The position numbers and the translations under genes were made by a program. From NCBI GenBank assembly GCA_040285825.1, contig JAUPSS010000001.1, positions 2,666,001 through 2,730,000 on the forward strand: a stretch of DNA of 64,000 nt, in the 5' to 3' direction. This DNA is from Eukaryota sp. TZLM1-RC (lineage: Eukaryota > Protista > Metamonada: BaSk clade). The notes below the pieces were generated by a model. That model did no database searches, was not told the origin of the DNA, and saw only the letters and a program-made list of their open reading frames with translations. Positions 33,007 to 46,100 of the stretch are shown in pieces (the first letter of the stretch is position 1; every line of letters starts with the position of its first letter).

Positions 33007-33777
33007 TTATTGATCATTGTCATCATCAGACTTTGGTTCTTCAATTTCTTCCTTTTCAGAATCAACGGTAACTTCTTCCATGTCTTTTTCATCATCCACA
33101 CTATCTAAAAGTTTGCCATTTTCCTTATAAATATCCATCAAGCTCATCCAATTCTTGACCAAAATCAACATTAAAGAGGCAAACTGATTGATATCATCTC
33201 CAAACCCAACACACTTTCCAAGACAAAAACCAACTCTATTCACCGTTTGAGCACCACAAGGCTCCAAATAATTCTGTTGCAGGGCTTCAAACATTTCACC
33301 CGTCAACAAATCTTTTGCTTCATTCCAATCTGTGGGTATTTGAGAAGGTAAAAACCCAGAAATATACAGTATGCATCGAGATAGCCTAAAAACATCTTCA
33401 TGTGGTTCTTCATCTTCCATCATCTCTTCCTTGAAGGAACCATCCAATGACTTGAGTTCTTCCAAGGAAGAAGATAGTAGTGAACGAGCTTCATCTATCT
33501 GTTGTTGAATTTTGGCTAACCTCTCTTCCTCATCACGACGGGCCTTTTCTTCGGCTTCAATTCGACGTTGTTCTGCTACAGTTTCTCGAGCAGTAGTGAG
33601 ATTATTTCTAAAATCAATGCGTTCCTGTAATTGAACGGCTAAAGATTCGCGGCGGAGGAGCCAGTTGGCTAAGTATTCAACGGGGTCAGAAGGATTGGCG
33701 AGGACAGTGGCTGCGATAGCATCTGTAAGGATAGGTCCTACAGTCGAGTTGATATAATCAGATGGAGAGTTGGGCAT
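33007..33777 (-). CDS. Dpy-30 motif protein (DYDC/radial-spoke-like)
   Basis: YINSTVGPILTDAIAATVLANPSDPVEYLANWLL followed by a coiled coil and acidic tail. Confidence 0.8.
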   Translation of the reverse strand: MPNSPSDYINSTVGPILTDAIAATVLANPSDPVEYLANWLLRRESLAVQLQERIDFRNNLTTARETVAEQRRIEAEEKARRDEEERLAKIQQQIDEARSLLSSSLEELKSLDGSFKEEMMEDEEPHEDVFRLSRCILYISGFLPSQIPTDWNEAKDLLTGEMFEALQQNYLEPCGAQTVNRVGFCLGKCVGFGDDINQFASLMLILVKNWMSLMDIYKENGKLLDSVDDEKDMEEVTVDSEKEEIEEPKSDDDNDQ

Positions 33778-33873
33778 CGGTAATAAGCACAAAGAAGATT
33801 CTCAGTTGGCTAAACAGTTCCAAGAATTAAAACTTTTTTTGATACATTTTTATTTAAACAAAATTGTAAAAAA

Positions 33874-34070
33874 CTAAAAATCAATCTCCTCAAACTCCAC
33901 ATCTACTATTTAAAACTTACCTACAGCATTTTCTTCATAAAATTTTCCTAGTGATAACAACGAGCTAGAAACAAGGCTATACATTCCCTTAGAAATAGAA
34001 AATACAATTCTGTTTTGCCAAAACGTTCAGTCCAAATATTCTTCCAGTTCTATTTTTGACAATAAGAATT
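33874..34070 (-). mobile_element. RLE retrotransposon extreme 3' fragment
   Basis: WQNRIVFSISKGM...EFEEIDF*, matching 62891-63106. Confidence 0.75.
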
Positions 34071-34461
34071 AAAATTGTTGTGAATAATCTTCACTCATTT
34101 CAAACTCTGCGTCTCAGTCTCTTACCGATCACAACTGATTTTTTGTCTTGTCAAAAATTCACAGAGCATGAATTATCTGCCAATTCGTCAAACATTATTT
34201 AAATACGGAAAGATGTAGTACGATTGTATTTTTCTTCTTCTGAAAGCCAATGCTACCCTCGATTGACCACTAAGAAAATCATTTAATTTTGATGAATTAT
34301 TGCTGGTTGCTCAGGCAGAAATTCAACAATGGTCAATTAGCTAATCTTTTGAACAAAACAATTGCTTTGAATTAATCACCAAATAGCTTAAGTATATTTA
34401 TTCCCATCTAGAATAATTATATAAGTAATGAAATAATAGCAACAAATCATTTAAACTAAAA

Positions 34462-35265
34462 CTAAATTCTATAATACAAAATATTCGGCTTTTTAATTCC
34501 AATCCAAAACTTAATAGCGATATCTGAAGCAAATCCTGTCACTACAGGAATCATTACATTGTCTCCCAGAAAACCTTCAGTAGCGAATAGCTCTGTGATG
34601 GTTGTGGCAAGACTGGAGACTATAGCTACTCGTACTGCTGAGGAAAAACTAAACAGAAGGAAATACGTGAGAAAATGCAGACCCAAAAGAAAACAAACAA
34701 GTAAACAAGCAACACTTCCTTCAAAACTCTTCTTATTCACCAACCTATGCCTTCCCCATCTCACACCAACAATACTAGCAGCTAGATCACCAACAACAGC
34801 GTTAGTGAGTCCAATAATAGCAGCTGGTATTGAATACAGAATAATCGACAAAAGATTCCCAATCATTGTGTAGGCAAGTGCAGATGGCTGATGGTACTCT
34901 GACTTTCTCAAAAACGGCTTGTTGAATGCAGTAACTGATCGATGTGGGTGGCGTAACCTGTCGTACTCTGCAATTTGAATAATGATCGTAGCTATGGAAA
35001 CCAAAAGTATGCATGTTGACTTTGTTCCCAGATGCGTAGCCACCATTGTGTAGTAAAGCGTTGGAAATAAATATCCAACAAAGTGAAATGACTTTCTCTT
35101 CAACTCGGTCTTCAACTTAGTTAGTCGACGTGACATTTCTGGGGTTGCATCTGGAGGGGCCACGACAGCCATTGGAGTCATAAACGATAGCCATAAAAAC
35201 ACCAAAACGTCAGCAAGAATGGTGAATAAGATAACCAAAACCCGAGCATTCTCAAAGATCGTCAT
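34462..35265 (-). CDS. CTP-dependent lipid kinase (Dgk1/phytol/dolichol kinase family)
   Basis: RKSFH, GDLAASIVGVRWG, KKSFEGS and DN motifs in a multi-TM protein. Confidence 0.85.
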   Translation of the reverse strand: MTIFENARVLVILFTILADVLVFLWLSFMTPMAVVAPPDATPEMSRRLTKLKTELKRKSFHFVGYLFPTLYYTMVATHLGTKSTCILLVSIATIIIQIAEYDRLRHPHRSVTAFNKPFLRKSEYHQPSALAYTMIGNLLSIILYSIPAAIIGLTNAVVGDLAASIVGVRWGRHRLVNKKSFEGSVACLLVCFLLGLHFLTYFLLFSFSSAVRVAIVSSLATTITELFATEGFLGDNVMIPVVTGFASDIAIKFWIGIKKPNILYYRI

Positions 35266-36048
35266 TGGGACGGAATCACAAAGCAGGACCTAGGGGAATC
35301 AGCTGAGATGGGACGAAGAGATATCCTGTTTGACACTTGCTATATCAATAAATTGTTTTGAATCATGACCATTATTGTAATAATGATAGTCATTAGTCCT
35401 AACCCTGTAACATGTCACAATGACAAGTTGTAGAACTAGGAACCTTCAAAATAATCAGAAGTTTTACATATTACTGTTGAAGAGGGTTTACACATGCTAT
35501 GATGAGGACTCAAGCACTGTACACCTAGCAATGATTAGGTGTACCTTTTCCATTTAAAAACGATGTTGGGAAGGAAACAAGTGCACTATTGAAGATCCAA
35601 TTTGATACTCTGGTAGGAGCTGTTGCTGAAAGAATCCCTAGATTTACAACTCTTTCAATGACATAACTTCATTACGGTTTCAGTACCAAAGTGCATTGAT
35701 AACTTCAGGAATCTATTGTCTACTATATTTTAATACTTTTCAATAGAATAAGTGTCTTTTATTGTTTCAAGACGTTTATCTTGTTTACAATTGACTTTTA
35801 GATCTGAATGTACACAAGATGGAAAATTCACATAATTAATAGCGACTTAAAATTAAAGAAGTTATTATTGTGGACACCAAAAAGATTGAAGTGTCCAAGT
35901 ATCTGGTTTTGACCTGCAAATATGATCAATTTAACTGGTCTCTTGGTTGGCTTGGACCGTTACTAGCCAAGAACAGTACAATTGGTAATTGATTTGGTTG
36001 AAAGAGAATTAATTGTCAAAAATAATAATTGAATCAATATATTTTTTA

Positions 36049-38547
36049 TTAATTTGGACAAACAAAACAGTGTTTTGATTGTCCAATTGCACTACTCCGC
36101 CGCTTTCTTATGGCAAAATCTTTACCGAACTCAAAAGGACAACCACTGCTTAATTGTTGAAGGGTGATTAAAGAATTCTTTAATGGAATTAAATCTGAAA
36201 AATAAAAAACAGACTTTTTTAAAAGTTTGGTCAAAGTATCCGAAACAAACTCATTGTTTAGGGGATAAATTCCTAATTGATTAGCAAAATTGAACAAGAA
36301 AGAGGGAAATGGAAAGTTTCCTTCATCAATAGCCAATCGACTAAATATCTGACCTACATCAGAGGGTGAAAATTGTGTAAAGAGCTCAACAAAATAATGG
36401 TTACACAAACTTAAAGAATTTCTCTTGTTGGCCAACCTCAACCAATTTTTCAACGAAATAGAAGGAAAAAATTCAGTCATTGAAGCCAAGTTTAAATATT
36501 CAGTTGCAATTAATCTTGAACCTGCACTAAATCGATCACTTGTGATTGCAACTACAGTTTCAATTGACTTCAATTGACTTTTTAAAAGATTCCAATCTGA
36601 TTCATCGGTGATGACAATGCAAAAGGAATACTTGGATGCAGAAACCAAAGCAAATGAACTATTCAGTGCATTTGAATCAATTTTGAAAAATGGCAACTTT
36701 GAAAATAATTTTTTGATAAAATATAACGAATAAGCATCAAACCCACAAAAGCAAATGGATAGTAATTTTTTAACCCTACACGAAGAGCTCTCTGTAGAGT
36801 GATCCTTACTCAACTCCTCCAAAATTTCAATAATTGACACTTTTGGAAGCACTGGGATAGGCTGAGTCTTGTAAAAAGATTCACTTGATCCTATTTTTGG
36901 TTTTCTTACCTTGGAGGTTTTGAAAAAAGAACGACTCAGTAATTCATTATTTGTTTCTTTTCGTAGTTTCCTTTGGTGATCCAAGGTCTTGAGATAACCA
37001 TCAACTCTTTTCCAATAAGAAAACAAGCTGTACAATTGATGCAAATTCCATTTTCTAAAGTTTAACAGAATCTTTCTGTGGAATTCTTCTTTTTCTTTTT
37101 CAACTTGATGTTCCTCTTCTTCTTTTTCTTTTACCCTTGCATCTTCTGCTTCTCTCTCTATTTCCACTTTCTTTTGCTCAACAAAGCTATCTGGAATAGA
37201 TTTTGCAGGCAAGTGCAAGAGTTCACTAGTGAAATCTCTTTCTTGCACTATTTTCCTTGTCAACTTTGCATTTGGTTTTGTATGAATAACAACGGGCGGG
37301 GGGAAATCAAATGGTTTAAGCTTTTTTTCTTTTCTGGTATCCATAACGAATCCCTCTCTTTTCTCTTTGTTTCCCCCCTCTTTGTGAAAAAACTGCTGCT
37401 TCTGTGGCAAAACAGATTCCATTGACTTCTCAAGACTTTTTGATTTGATGACATCATCAAGGGTCTCTGAAACAGTCAATAACCCCCTTCCTTCTCTGTC
37501 TAATACTTTACTAAACGGCTTGTCTAGCATTGAATCTAGACTTGGTCTCATACGTTCACCTGGGATGGTTCGTTGGTTTCCAGGAACATCAGGGAAACTA
37601 ATCAAATCACTAGGTCGAGATGACGTCATGATTTGATTGTTTTCAACCCTCAAGCCGCCCAATTTTACAAGTTCAATTAATCGGTCGCTAGTGATGGCTA
37701 ACCAATTAGTTGTTGTTGTTAATGGTAAAGAATAATTTAGAAAATTCGAAGATATTGCTGAAATGGCATATCTTCGGAATTGTCTAGCAGTGGATAACAA
37801 CAATGTTGCTTGGAAGAAATCAGATTGGGTAAAAAATTCAAAAAATTTCAAAAAATTTCGTGATGATATTGCTTGAATAATGTTATTTGTCCAATTAAAT
37901 ACTTTATAATCTTGATCTGATTTTAATTTTGACATACATGTAGTATTAAATCTATGAAAACTTAATAGAATATCTTCAGACATTTTCAAATTAAACCCCT
38001 TTTGTGAGTTTATGTGGGTAAATATCAATAAAGATCGAAAATAAACTTCATTTTCCGAATAAGATATTTGAGAGTAAATATCACCCAATGCTGATAATAA
38101 AGACGACAACTGCTTAAACAGCACAGCAGTCGTAGCTGACGGCTGATCTTCATCAGCTTGAAGGTAGTCGAGTAAAATATACAAAAGGCACATTCTTTCG
38201 TGTATAGAAATTGCTTGAGGGGAACGGATTTCTTGTATAGTGAGGTCTTGGTAGATAGATCTGAGTCTGTCATTAATAAAAGCACAAATGTCAGAAAGCG
38301 GCAAGTCAGTAGAGTCAAGAAGGGATTCCAAATGGGATAGAGTTTGTTGTAGTATGGGAAGTGGACGAAGATTCTCAGGATTGTTAAGAGCAGTACCAGC
38401 AGCAGAGCGGGGGAAAGCTTTGACTGCGAGGGATTCAGAAGATTCATGATCAGTGCCAGGAACGATCTCCAGAGGGTCTAACTGGCGATTACGTTCTCGC
38501 TCCTGCCTCTCAGAAGGAGGACACATATGGCGACAGGTGCCATGCAT
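36049..38547 (-). CDS. SAC3/GANP-family protein
   Basis: GTCRHMCPPSERQERE, AVKAFPRSAAG, LRPLPIL, FINDRLRSIYQDLTIQ. Confidence 0.88.
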   Translation of the reverse strand: MHGTCRHMCPPSERQERERNRQLDPLEIVPGTDHESSESLAVKAFPRSAAGTALNNPENLRPLPILQQTLSHLESLLDSTDLPLSDICAFINDRLRSIYQDLTIQEIRSPQAISIHERMCLLYILLDYLQADEDQPSATTAVLFKQLSSLLSALGDIYSQISYSENEVYFRSLLIFTHINSQKGFNLKMSEDILLSFHRFNTTCMSKLKSDQDYKVFNWTNNIIQAISSRNFLKFFEFFTQSDFFQATLLLSTARQFRRYAISAISSNFLNYSLPLTTTTNWLAITSDRLIELVKLGGLRVENNQIMTSSRPSDLISFPDVPGNQRTIPGERMRPSLDSMLDKPFSKVLDREGRGLLTVSETLDDVIKSKSLEKSMESVLPQKQQFFHKEGGNKEKREGFVMDTRKEKKLKPFDFPPPVVIHTKPNAKLTRKIVQERDFTSELLHLPAKSIPDSFVEQKKVEIEREAEDARVKEKEEEEHQVEKEKEEFHRKILLNFRKWNLHQLYSLFSYWKRVDGYLKTLDHQRKLRKETNNELLSRSFFKTSKVRKPKIGSSESFYKTQPIPVLPKVSIIEILEELSKDHSTESSSCRVKKLLSICFCGFDAYSLYFIKKLFSKLPFFKIDSNALNSSFALVSASKYSFCIVITDESDWNLLKSQLKSIETVVAITSDRFSAGSRLIATEYLNLASMTEFFPSISLKNWLRLANKRNSLSLCNHYFVELFTQFSPSDVGQIFSRLAIDEGNFPFPSFLFNFANQLGIYPLNNEFVSDTLTKLLKKSVFYFSDLIPLKNSLITLQQLSSGCPFEFGKDFAIRKRRSSAIGQSKHCFVCPN

Positions 38548-38627
38548 AGAATGAAGTTTGATGAATGAAGTAGGAAATCAAGTATGTGGACTCTCCATAA
38601 TTTCAACTGTTTAAACATTGTTCACAA

Positions 38628-39059
38628 ATGGAAGTTCAACGGCGTTTACAGTCTGAACTGATGAATATTGTATCATCGGATGATGAATCCATATCTGCAT
38701 TTCCTTCAGGTGATTCTATCTTCTCTTGGAATGGTACAATCTCGGGACCTTCTGGAACAGCTTATGAAGACATGGATTACACACTTTCTCTCAACTTTCC
38801 TGAAGACTATCCTTATAAACCCCCAGTTGTGAAGTTTGTCACTCCTATTTTCCACCCTAATGTCGATCTTCAAGGAAATATATGTCTAGATATCCTTAAG
38901 GAAGAATGGACTGCTGCTTACGATGTTCGAACAATTCTATTATCCATCCAGAGTTTACTAGGTTCGCCAAACAACGACTCTCCTTTAAACAATGATGCAG
39001 CCTTGTTATGGTCAGATCAAGAAGCATTTAGGAAGCGTGTTCTTGCTGATAGTGATTGA
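38628..39059 (+). CDS. UBE2C: Ubiquitin-conjugating enzyme E2-C
   Basis: [47 protein letters not shown]. Confidence 0.9.
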   Translation: MEVQRRLQSELMNIVSSDDESISAFPSGDSIFSWNGTISGPSGTAYEDMDYTLSLNFPEDYPYKPPVVKFVTPIFHPNVDLQGNICLDILKEEWTAAYDVRTILLSIQSLLGSPNNDSPLNNDAALLWSDQEAFRKRVLADSD

Positions 39060-39095
39060 ATTATAAATTAATTTAGTTTTTTTAAGTTTTTTTTG

Positions 39096-39872
39096 ATGTC
39101 CCTACCAACATCCGACTCTACTCCAGAAGAGATTGTTCAGTATATCTCCACAATTACATCACCCCAACAACTAGATGGTGTTCTTAATAAGGCTCCTTCT
39201 TCGTTTGCCACCCATCTCAACTTCATCCACACTGTTCTTTGCTCTTCTTCTCCTTCCACAACGGTTGTTGAGGGTCTCCTCCACCATTTAATAGACCAGT
39301 GTATCATAAAGTCCAGACTCACCAGTGTTTTTCGTTTCATTCTTCTCACATTCAAAATGTTTGCAGATAATGACGTTGATTTCTCTTCTTCTTATTCTCA
39401 TTTCCTTACAACTTTCAACATACCTTCTCCTCCGCCGCTTTCTAGTCATCTTCACTCAGAGGATACTTTGTTGGCACCAAGTGAGATTCTTTTCATGGAC
39501 ATTTATGATGAATGTGTAGACCAAAGGGAAAATGATTTCATTGAAGAATGTTTAGCTGACTTTGTTTTTGAGCCCCTTGTTAAATGTAAAAGATATTCAG
39601 ATGCTATGAATATTGATTCAAAATATAATTGCTCTGGACGCTTTATTAATAACATTGAAGAATTACTGAAAAGATTACAAAACAACGCTTTTAGTGAGTT
39701 TGATATAGGTGTGATGACTTCCTTAGTTTTATTATACGAGTTTAAGTTTAATTTAAATAGTTCAAATTACAATGAATTAAACCACATAAGGGTAATGGGA
39801 GCAGAATATTTAAAACAATGTCGCAAAAGTGACTTAATTGAACAATTTGAGAATGAATTACCTACACAATAA
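39096..39872 (+). CDS. Hypothetical protein
   Basis: 258-aa ORF in gene-like context; no family recognised. Confidence 0.65.
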   Translation: MSLPTSDSTPEEIVQYISTITSPQQLDGVLNKAPSSFATHLNFIHTVLCSSSPSTTVVEGLLHHLIDQCIIKSRLTSVFRFILLTFKMFADNDVDFSSSYSHFLTTFNIPSPPPLSSHLHSEDTLLAPSEILFMDIYDECVDQRENDFIEECLADFVFEPLVKCKRYSDAMNIDSKYNCSGRFINNIEELLKRLQNNAFSEFDIGVMTSLVLLYEFKFNLNSSNYNELNHIRVMGAEYLKQCRKSDLIEQFENELPTQ

Positions 39873-40113
39873 ATACTTTACGTTGTTGTTGTTTTAAATT
39901 CTGGACATTATTCGATTTGTTTCTGGTTCAAAGACTTTAAAGGAATTGGGTCAAGGAAAGTTCAAGTTTTTTCCGCTTATTTCTTAGTTGAGTTTCACTT
40001 AAAAATGTGGTAATGTGATCCAAAACGAAAACAATCGATATTAAATAATAGAAAAACAAATTAAATTCAGTTTACAACAAAACAAATAAACCTAAGAATA
40101 AACCTAAAAAAAC

Positions 40114-43100
40114 CTAAGAATACTCCTTACAAAGTAACAATGCTGTTCCCATTAAGGTGTAAGTATCGGGGGTAGCATTATAGCCGCATTTCAGATCTAC
40201 AGTTGTCACATAGCTTCCTCGTTGAATGGTTCCGGCTCTTTCGGGATAAATGTAAAGGGGTGCTTGATACATGGATTTTGAGGGTTTTTTCTTATTTTCA
40301 ACAGGTTTAAAGTGAACGATTGGCATTTCATCAAATAAAATCATTGGCAAAGGTTCGGCCAAGCAAGAATCCTCGCGATTCCATCTTGCTCCCTCCAAAT
40401 AAAGACCCCTAATGTAAGCACCTTCAGATGGATGACTTGTTATCTCCTCTGCTGACTGAGTGAGCACTGTGAATTCAAAGGAAAGTGCATCAACAGGAAC
40501 CCCATTAGCCCGAGCACTCGCCTGTAACAAACAAGTTAAGAACTGTGAAGGGTAAGTGAAGCCACCAAGCCAAAAAACACGTGGCGCCGAGCCCTCAGCC
40601 CAAGACCTAAGCTGTGCAATTCTTTCAATTAAATCCAATGTCCACGAAGCAAGTTTTCTTAAAGAAGGATAAGCAAAAGACCAGCTGACGGGAACATTTC
40701 CATTAAAGATTGCTTCGAAAATGTCTTCCAATTCTTTTGAAATGACAATCGTTCCATTGATACCAGCCTCTAATTGGGACAACTGATGATGAATCTTGGA
40801 TAACAAAACATTATAGCGCGAGACCTCTTGAAGAAGTACAGTATTCAATGGTGTCAAATCATCTCCAACACTTTTTTGAACCATTTCATAGTCAATTAAA
40901 GCAGGAATTTGAGTCTTTAACTTTGAAACCATTCTTAAAACTACTGCTTCCCTTGACTCTTCACCTACTGAAACAATCCTGGGCTGGAGTGATATAACAG
41001 TGTCCAGCAGCTGATGAGATTCTTGAATGGCTGAAGCAATATCAGCATTTGGATGTTGACCAAAGATGGAAGCAGGCTCAGACATTGGGAGAGAGTTGAT
41101 GTATTCAATAATGGCTTCTATATTGGAAGTATCAGGGACATAATAAATTTCAGAACCAAAAAACTTGTAATTAGGTACCTCTGCAACTTCTGGATTGTAA
41201 AAGGCTTTCATATAAGTATTAAGAGTAATAATATCAAAGAATTCAGTAACACGGCCGGCATAACACGCTTCACCAGTCAAATAACGAAGAGCCGTCCAAT
41301 TGACCTGACCATTATCATTGACAAAAGCACTATCAATGTAGGAAACAAGCAATTTCTCAGAAATATCCAAATCAGAAAAGTTAAAATCATAAGGAATGTT
41401 CCAACCCAAAGCCTTGAACTTCCTTCGCTCAATCAACACTGAATGGAAGAATGCCAAAGCAAAGAACAGACGACGATACATAACAGGATTCTTACATCTC
41501 TTAAAGTGCTCAGGGGGATAGCTATTAAATACTCGAAGCATGTTCTGCTTCAGACCCTTTGGTGGCTCTGTCGTGAGTTTGACTGCAATCTGCAATACAG
41601 AAATGGGAAATTTAGGATGAGGGTCAGAAGTCAACCAAAGTCTGAATTGGTCATGTGGTTTCCTTGAAGGTAAGGTTAGAATGATTTTTTCAAGTTCAGG
41701 CAGCCAAGAGATAGACAAATGACAATTCATCAACAGGACCCATCCCCCTTCAACAACAGCTTTCTCAATGGCAGAAGTAGCAAAACCAGATTGCCCTTGC
41801 CCTAGAGCAACAGTGGCAAGTTGTCCATCAAATCCTTTCTGTTCAGCCAACTGGACTACCATGGAGGTTGGATCAACACCTGGAGATAGAATAAAGATGA
41901 TTGGAATAGTCGATTTTGAGTCATTGAAAGCTTCATTCAAGTTAAATGGTGGAGGTTCAGTAAATTCAGAACCAATGCTTGAAGCTACAAAGTCCCTAAT
42001 GGCCAACAACAGCCTATCAGGTCGAAGACAGCGAACCAAGATGAGTTTCTGGGCTATATTGAGTTTGGTTTCCCATTCAGCTGGTAAAGTTGCCTTTTCT
42101 GGGGTTGAGTGACTGTACCAATAATGCCAGAGCTTTTCATTATCCTCAACATGTCCAACAAGACCTCTGAAGGACGAAAGCTTCTCTACTTCAGTAATAT
42201 TATCCCAATTCTGAGACGGAATCCAAGAAGGAAAAGGATTGGGAATTTGTCGAGAGCGATCTAAAACAGAGCCTCCACGAAGTAAGAACTGGTACTCATC
42301 ATTGTCAAGGCGGTTTTCATACAAGAGAATCTTTGAACACATTTGGAAGGAAAACAATAACTTATCTTTCTCGAATAAACCTCGACAAGTAAACTTGTAA
42401 ACCGCAAGTGAGTGAAAGTTGATAATTTCATTCACTCTGTCTTCTATTTTCTCCATTTTTTTGGCTTTCTGTATGGAAGTTTCAAACAAAGTCACATATG
42501 CATCTAAAGAAAATTGGTACATTGGATCAACTCTTGAAATGTCATCCAAGACAAAGAAAAGTAAGGAAGCTCTTTGAGCAACGGGTCTGTACTGTTCCCT
42601 CATTTCGTTAATTTGCTTCTCCGTGACAGCTGCTGCTTCTAATGAATTTTTAATCTCTTCAGATGTGACTTTGGATCGCTTTAATGTATTAATTAGCTTT
42701 GAATCCTCCAAAATGTTTTCAGAAGCAGACAGTAAATCAAGAATTTCATCTTCAAGCTCAACCATTTGGTTTTTCTTTGCTGCCATATCCATTACAAGAT
42801 CGTTTCTTTTGATTTCAATGTCGGGTATTTCAGTACGAACAACGATTCCAAGCAATTGATCTTCAAGTCCTTTTTCTTTAACAGCAAAATTCACTAGTGA
42901 AGTCTTTGTGGAGATTTCAGGGGTGTAAGTTGGATTTTGAAGTTTTGTGGTTATATAAAACCTGAAATTCGGATTAAATTCAACGTCAGAATCACCAAGT
43001 TTTAGCATTAGCTTATTACCAACTTTCTGGAAAGCTTTTGATAATAAAGGATCTAACGTAGGATCAAGTTCTTCACCTACATCTTCCAATAAAATAGGAG

Positions 43101-46100
43101 TTCCGTACATAACAGCAGATTCCAAAATCTTCAGGAAATCACTGTTTCTCAAATTGATAATCTTTAATCCATTATCTTTTTCAAGCTGTTTAATCCATTG
43201 GTTGGCCTGTCCTTGAGGATCAATCATAAGTGGCCATCTGCTGGACTGAGTTACCAAAATTCCATTCTCTTGAGAAAATTGATCGGATGGAAGGCCTTGA
43301 ATGGACCAGGATCTCAAATCAGTAGCTTTGCCCAAGTAATCAATAAGACTAGTAAAGGGTTCCTTGGTTGGAATTGACTGAGACACTCTCGTTACCCAAG
43401 AATCCAGTAATTCTGCCCTCAATTCAGACGTGAAGACACCTCCATAAGCCAAGAAAGCAGAAGCAATTACACAATCTCCAGGTAAAGTTCTTAATTGCTC
43501 ATTCAATTCAGTAATTTGGGCTTCCCACCTCTCTTTTTCACCAGATAGTCCAGAAACAAGACTAGCAGCTCTCTCTAATTTTAGTTCCGTAAACTCGGCT
43601 TCTTCAGACAACTTGATCTTGGTAGCTTCAGACTCCTCATATTCATTGTTAAGTTTTTCCACCACTGCATTGATCTCATCTAATTGCTTTTGCTTAGTCT
43701 GCAGTGCCAATTGTTTAGCAGAAAGTTTCTTCTGAGCTGATTCCAAGGCAGCTTTTCTAGGAGCCACGACTTTGTTAGCTTTACCATACTCTTCCATAGC
43801 AAGGACCCATTGGCAAAGCGAGGTGGCCGCTACAGACACATTTCTAATCACATCTGGATTAAAACCTTCTTGAGAAGTGAATTTGGCAAGTTTTTTCAAA
43901 ATTGAATCAGATAAAGAATCCAAGTCAAAATTAATCAATTCTTGTAAAAAGTTTGGATTAGACATGTGCTGCTTGGCTGTACCCCAAGAGGTATCAACCG
44001 CCTTCCTTAGAACCATTACAGCTGACAAAACCAATTTTACCAGTGGTGGAGGTTGTGAAAAGGTACGAACTTCACCAATAGCATTCTTTGTCAGAGCATT
44101 AAGCGCTTCCTTAGCCCTTTCGAGTGCAGGCAACACCGCATTGAGTTCCGCTTCAGCCTTTGTTGCTTCTGCTTCAATCTTTTCTTGTTCCATACCGAGC
44201 TTAACGCTATCCTCTCGTACTGATTTAGCCTGTTCATCAGAAACTTGCTTCTTTTTAACAATGGTTTGCAGAAGATCAGCACATTCAGCTTGTTTTACCT
44301 TTAACACTTCTCTGGTCTTATCAAGTTGAAGAGACATTGTTTGGACCTCCTTCTTGGTATTTTCTAATTTAACCAGACCGTTGCTCAATTTATTTATAAC
44401 AGAATTTAGATCATTCTTTTTCTTTTTAATTAAAGAGGAGAATTCTGAAATATGTTCCAAGTATGATGTAGGGGTTACAAAGTTGGAGCGTTTCAAAGTT
44501 AACTGCATCTTGTTTGACATTTCAATAACGCTTAAATGACAATGCACAAAGACATCAGCCAACTGTGGTTTTAATTCTTCATCCAAGTCATCTAATTCTT
44601 GGATAAAATGAAGGGCGACCTCCTTTAACGCGTCTTCAGGCCATGCATTAAACCAATCAATAGTGGTGGTTGAAACAAAAGCAGGATATTGACGAACACG
44701 TAGTCTAAAGTCTTGACCAATAGGTGAAAGACACAAGACCAAGTGAAGATTTTGACGAACTCTATTAATGAAAAAGTTCCATAAACCATCATCAGTCTCT
44801 AATAACCCAGACACTTCCTTCCTAAATATTGGTCTCAATTCATCCCGTAATGCAACCAATTCTTCAGCTGAATACATATTAGGAGTTTCACCAGTGGAGA
44901 GAATGTTATTCACATCTTCCAAAAACGACTCTAAAACCACCTGGGTATCACTAAAGATAAAGGTTGTAGGTTGATTCAAAACACCACATTTGTAATAAAG
45001 CTTTTGTAAATCTTGATGCCATTCATTAACTCTATAGTTCTTTTTAATTTCAATTTGAAAAACATGATAACCAGCAATAAATGAGGCTAGCTTTGCGAGA
45101 GATTGCCTCCCAGAACCACCTACACCAACTAACATTAGATTACCTCGTCTGGTTGTAAGAATGCGATGAATTCTGATTAAATGATCAATAGCATCTTTGA
45201 ACATAACCAAATTAAGAGGAATTTTGTTTTCTTGGTTGTAATCCTCAAGCTTTTCTTCTACAATTTCTCTCAATTGGGGAAGTGCAGGACATTCGGTGTA
45301 GTTTTCTTCAACAGCAAAAGAGGAGAACAAAGGAGGATTACCAGCTTTTGAACAAATTCGTTTCCAAGACGAACCAAATTTATCAATTAATTCGTTATTA
45401 ATAAAATCAACAACTTTTTGCCTATCTTCTTGATCAACCAGTCTATCAGCAAAAACTCGAAGACATTCATGAACCCATAACTTTACTATACCTTCTTTAG
45501 TAAAGCTACTATTAGATCGACATAAACCTTGGAAAATTCTAGAAATATCTCTTAAATTGAATAAATAGTGGGATTTCGCAGGAGTTGGTAAAAGACTAGA
45601 AGCTAAATGATCAAATAAGTCCAATGTTGAACTGGCAAAACTATCGGATAAAGAAAGTACTTCTTGTTCAAAAGTGGCTGTGTGAAAAGAAAATAAAGAT
45701 CCAAAAATTCTAATAATAGTAGCTCTGTCAGGGAAGGTGACATTTAGGCAATGTAAACGTGATGATAACCGGTCACAAATCACTTGCCGACCCCCACCAG
45801 GAATTCCCATAGCAGAAATCAGTTGAACATTATGAACATACTTAAAGAATTGCTTATCTAAATCATACCAGCCACCATAATCCAAGTATTGACGTACCAA
45901 TTCCAGAGGAGGCATGGAACCAAATTCAGTCTTGGCGGGCATATTGAATTCATCTATAAACAAAGCCATTTTAGAACAACCTTTGGGAATATAATTTCCA
46001 GAAGTTCTTTTGTCTAGTCTTGATTCTACCATTCGTTGGAATTGTTCAGTAGTAGTTCTTGCCGAAAAGGAAATTTCCAGCTTACCAAAGTTAAGATCCT

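Noticed and set aside
40085-40117. AAACCTAA x3 at the dynein 3' end as an interstitial telomere
   Set aside because: Short, irregular and overlapping the stop and 3' UTR; probably slippage
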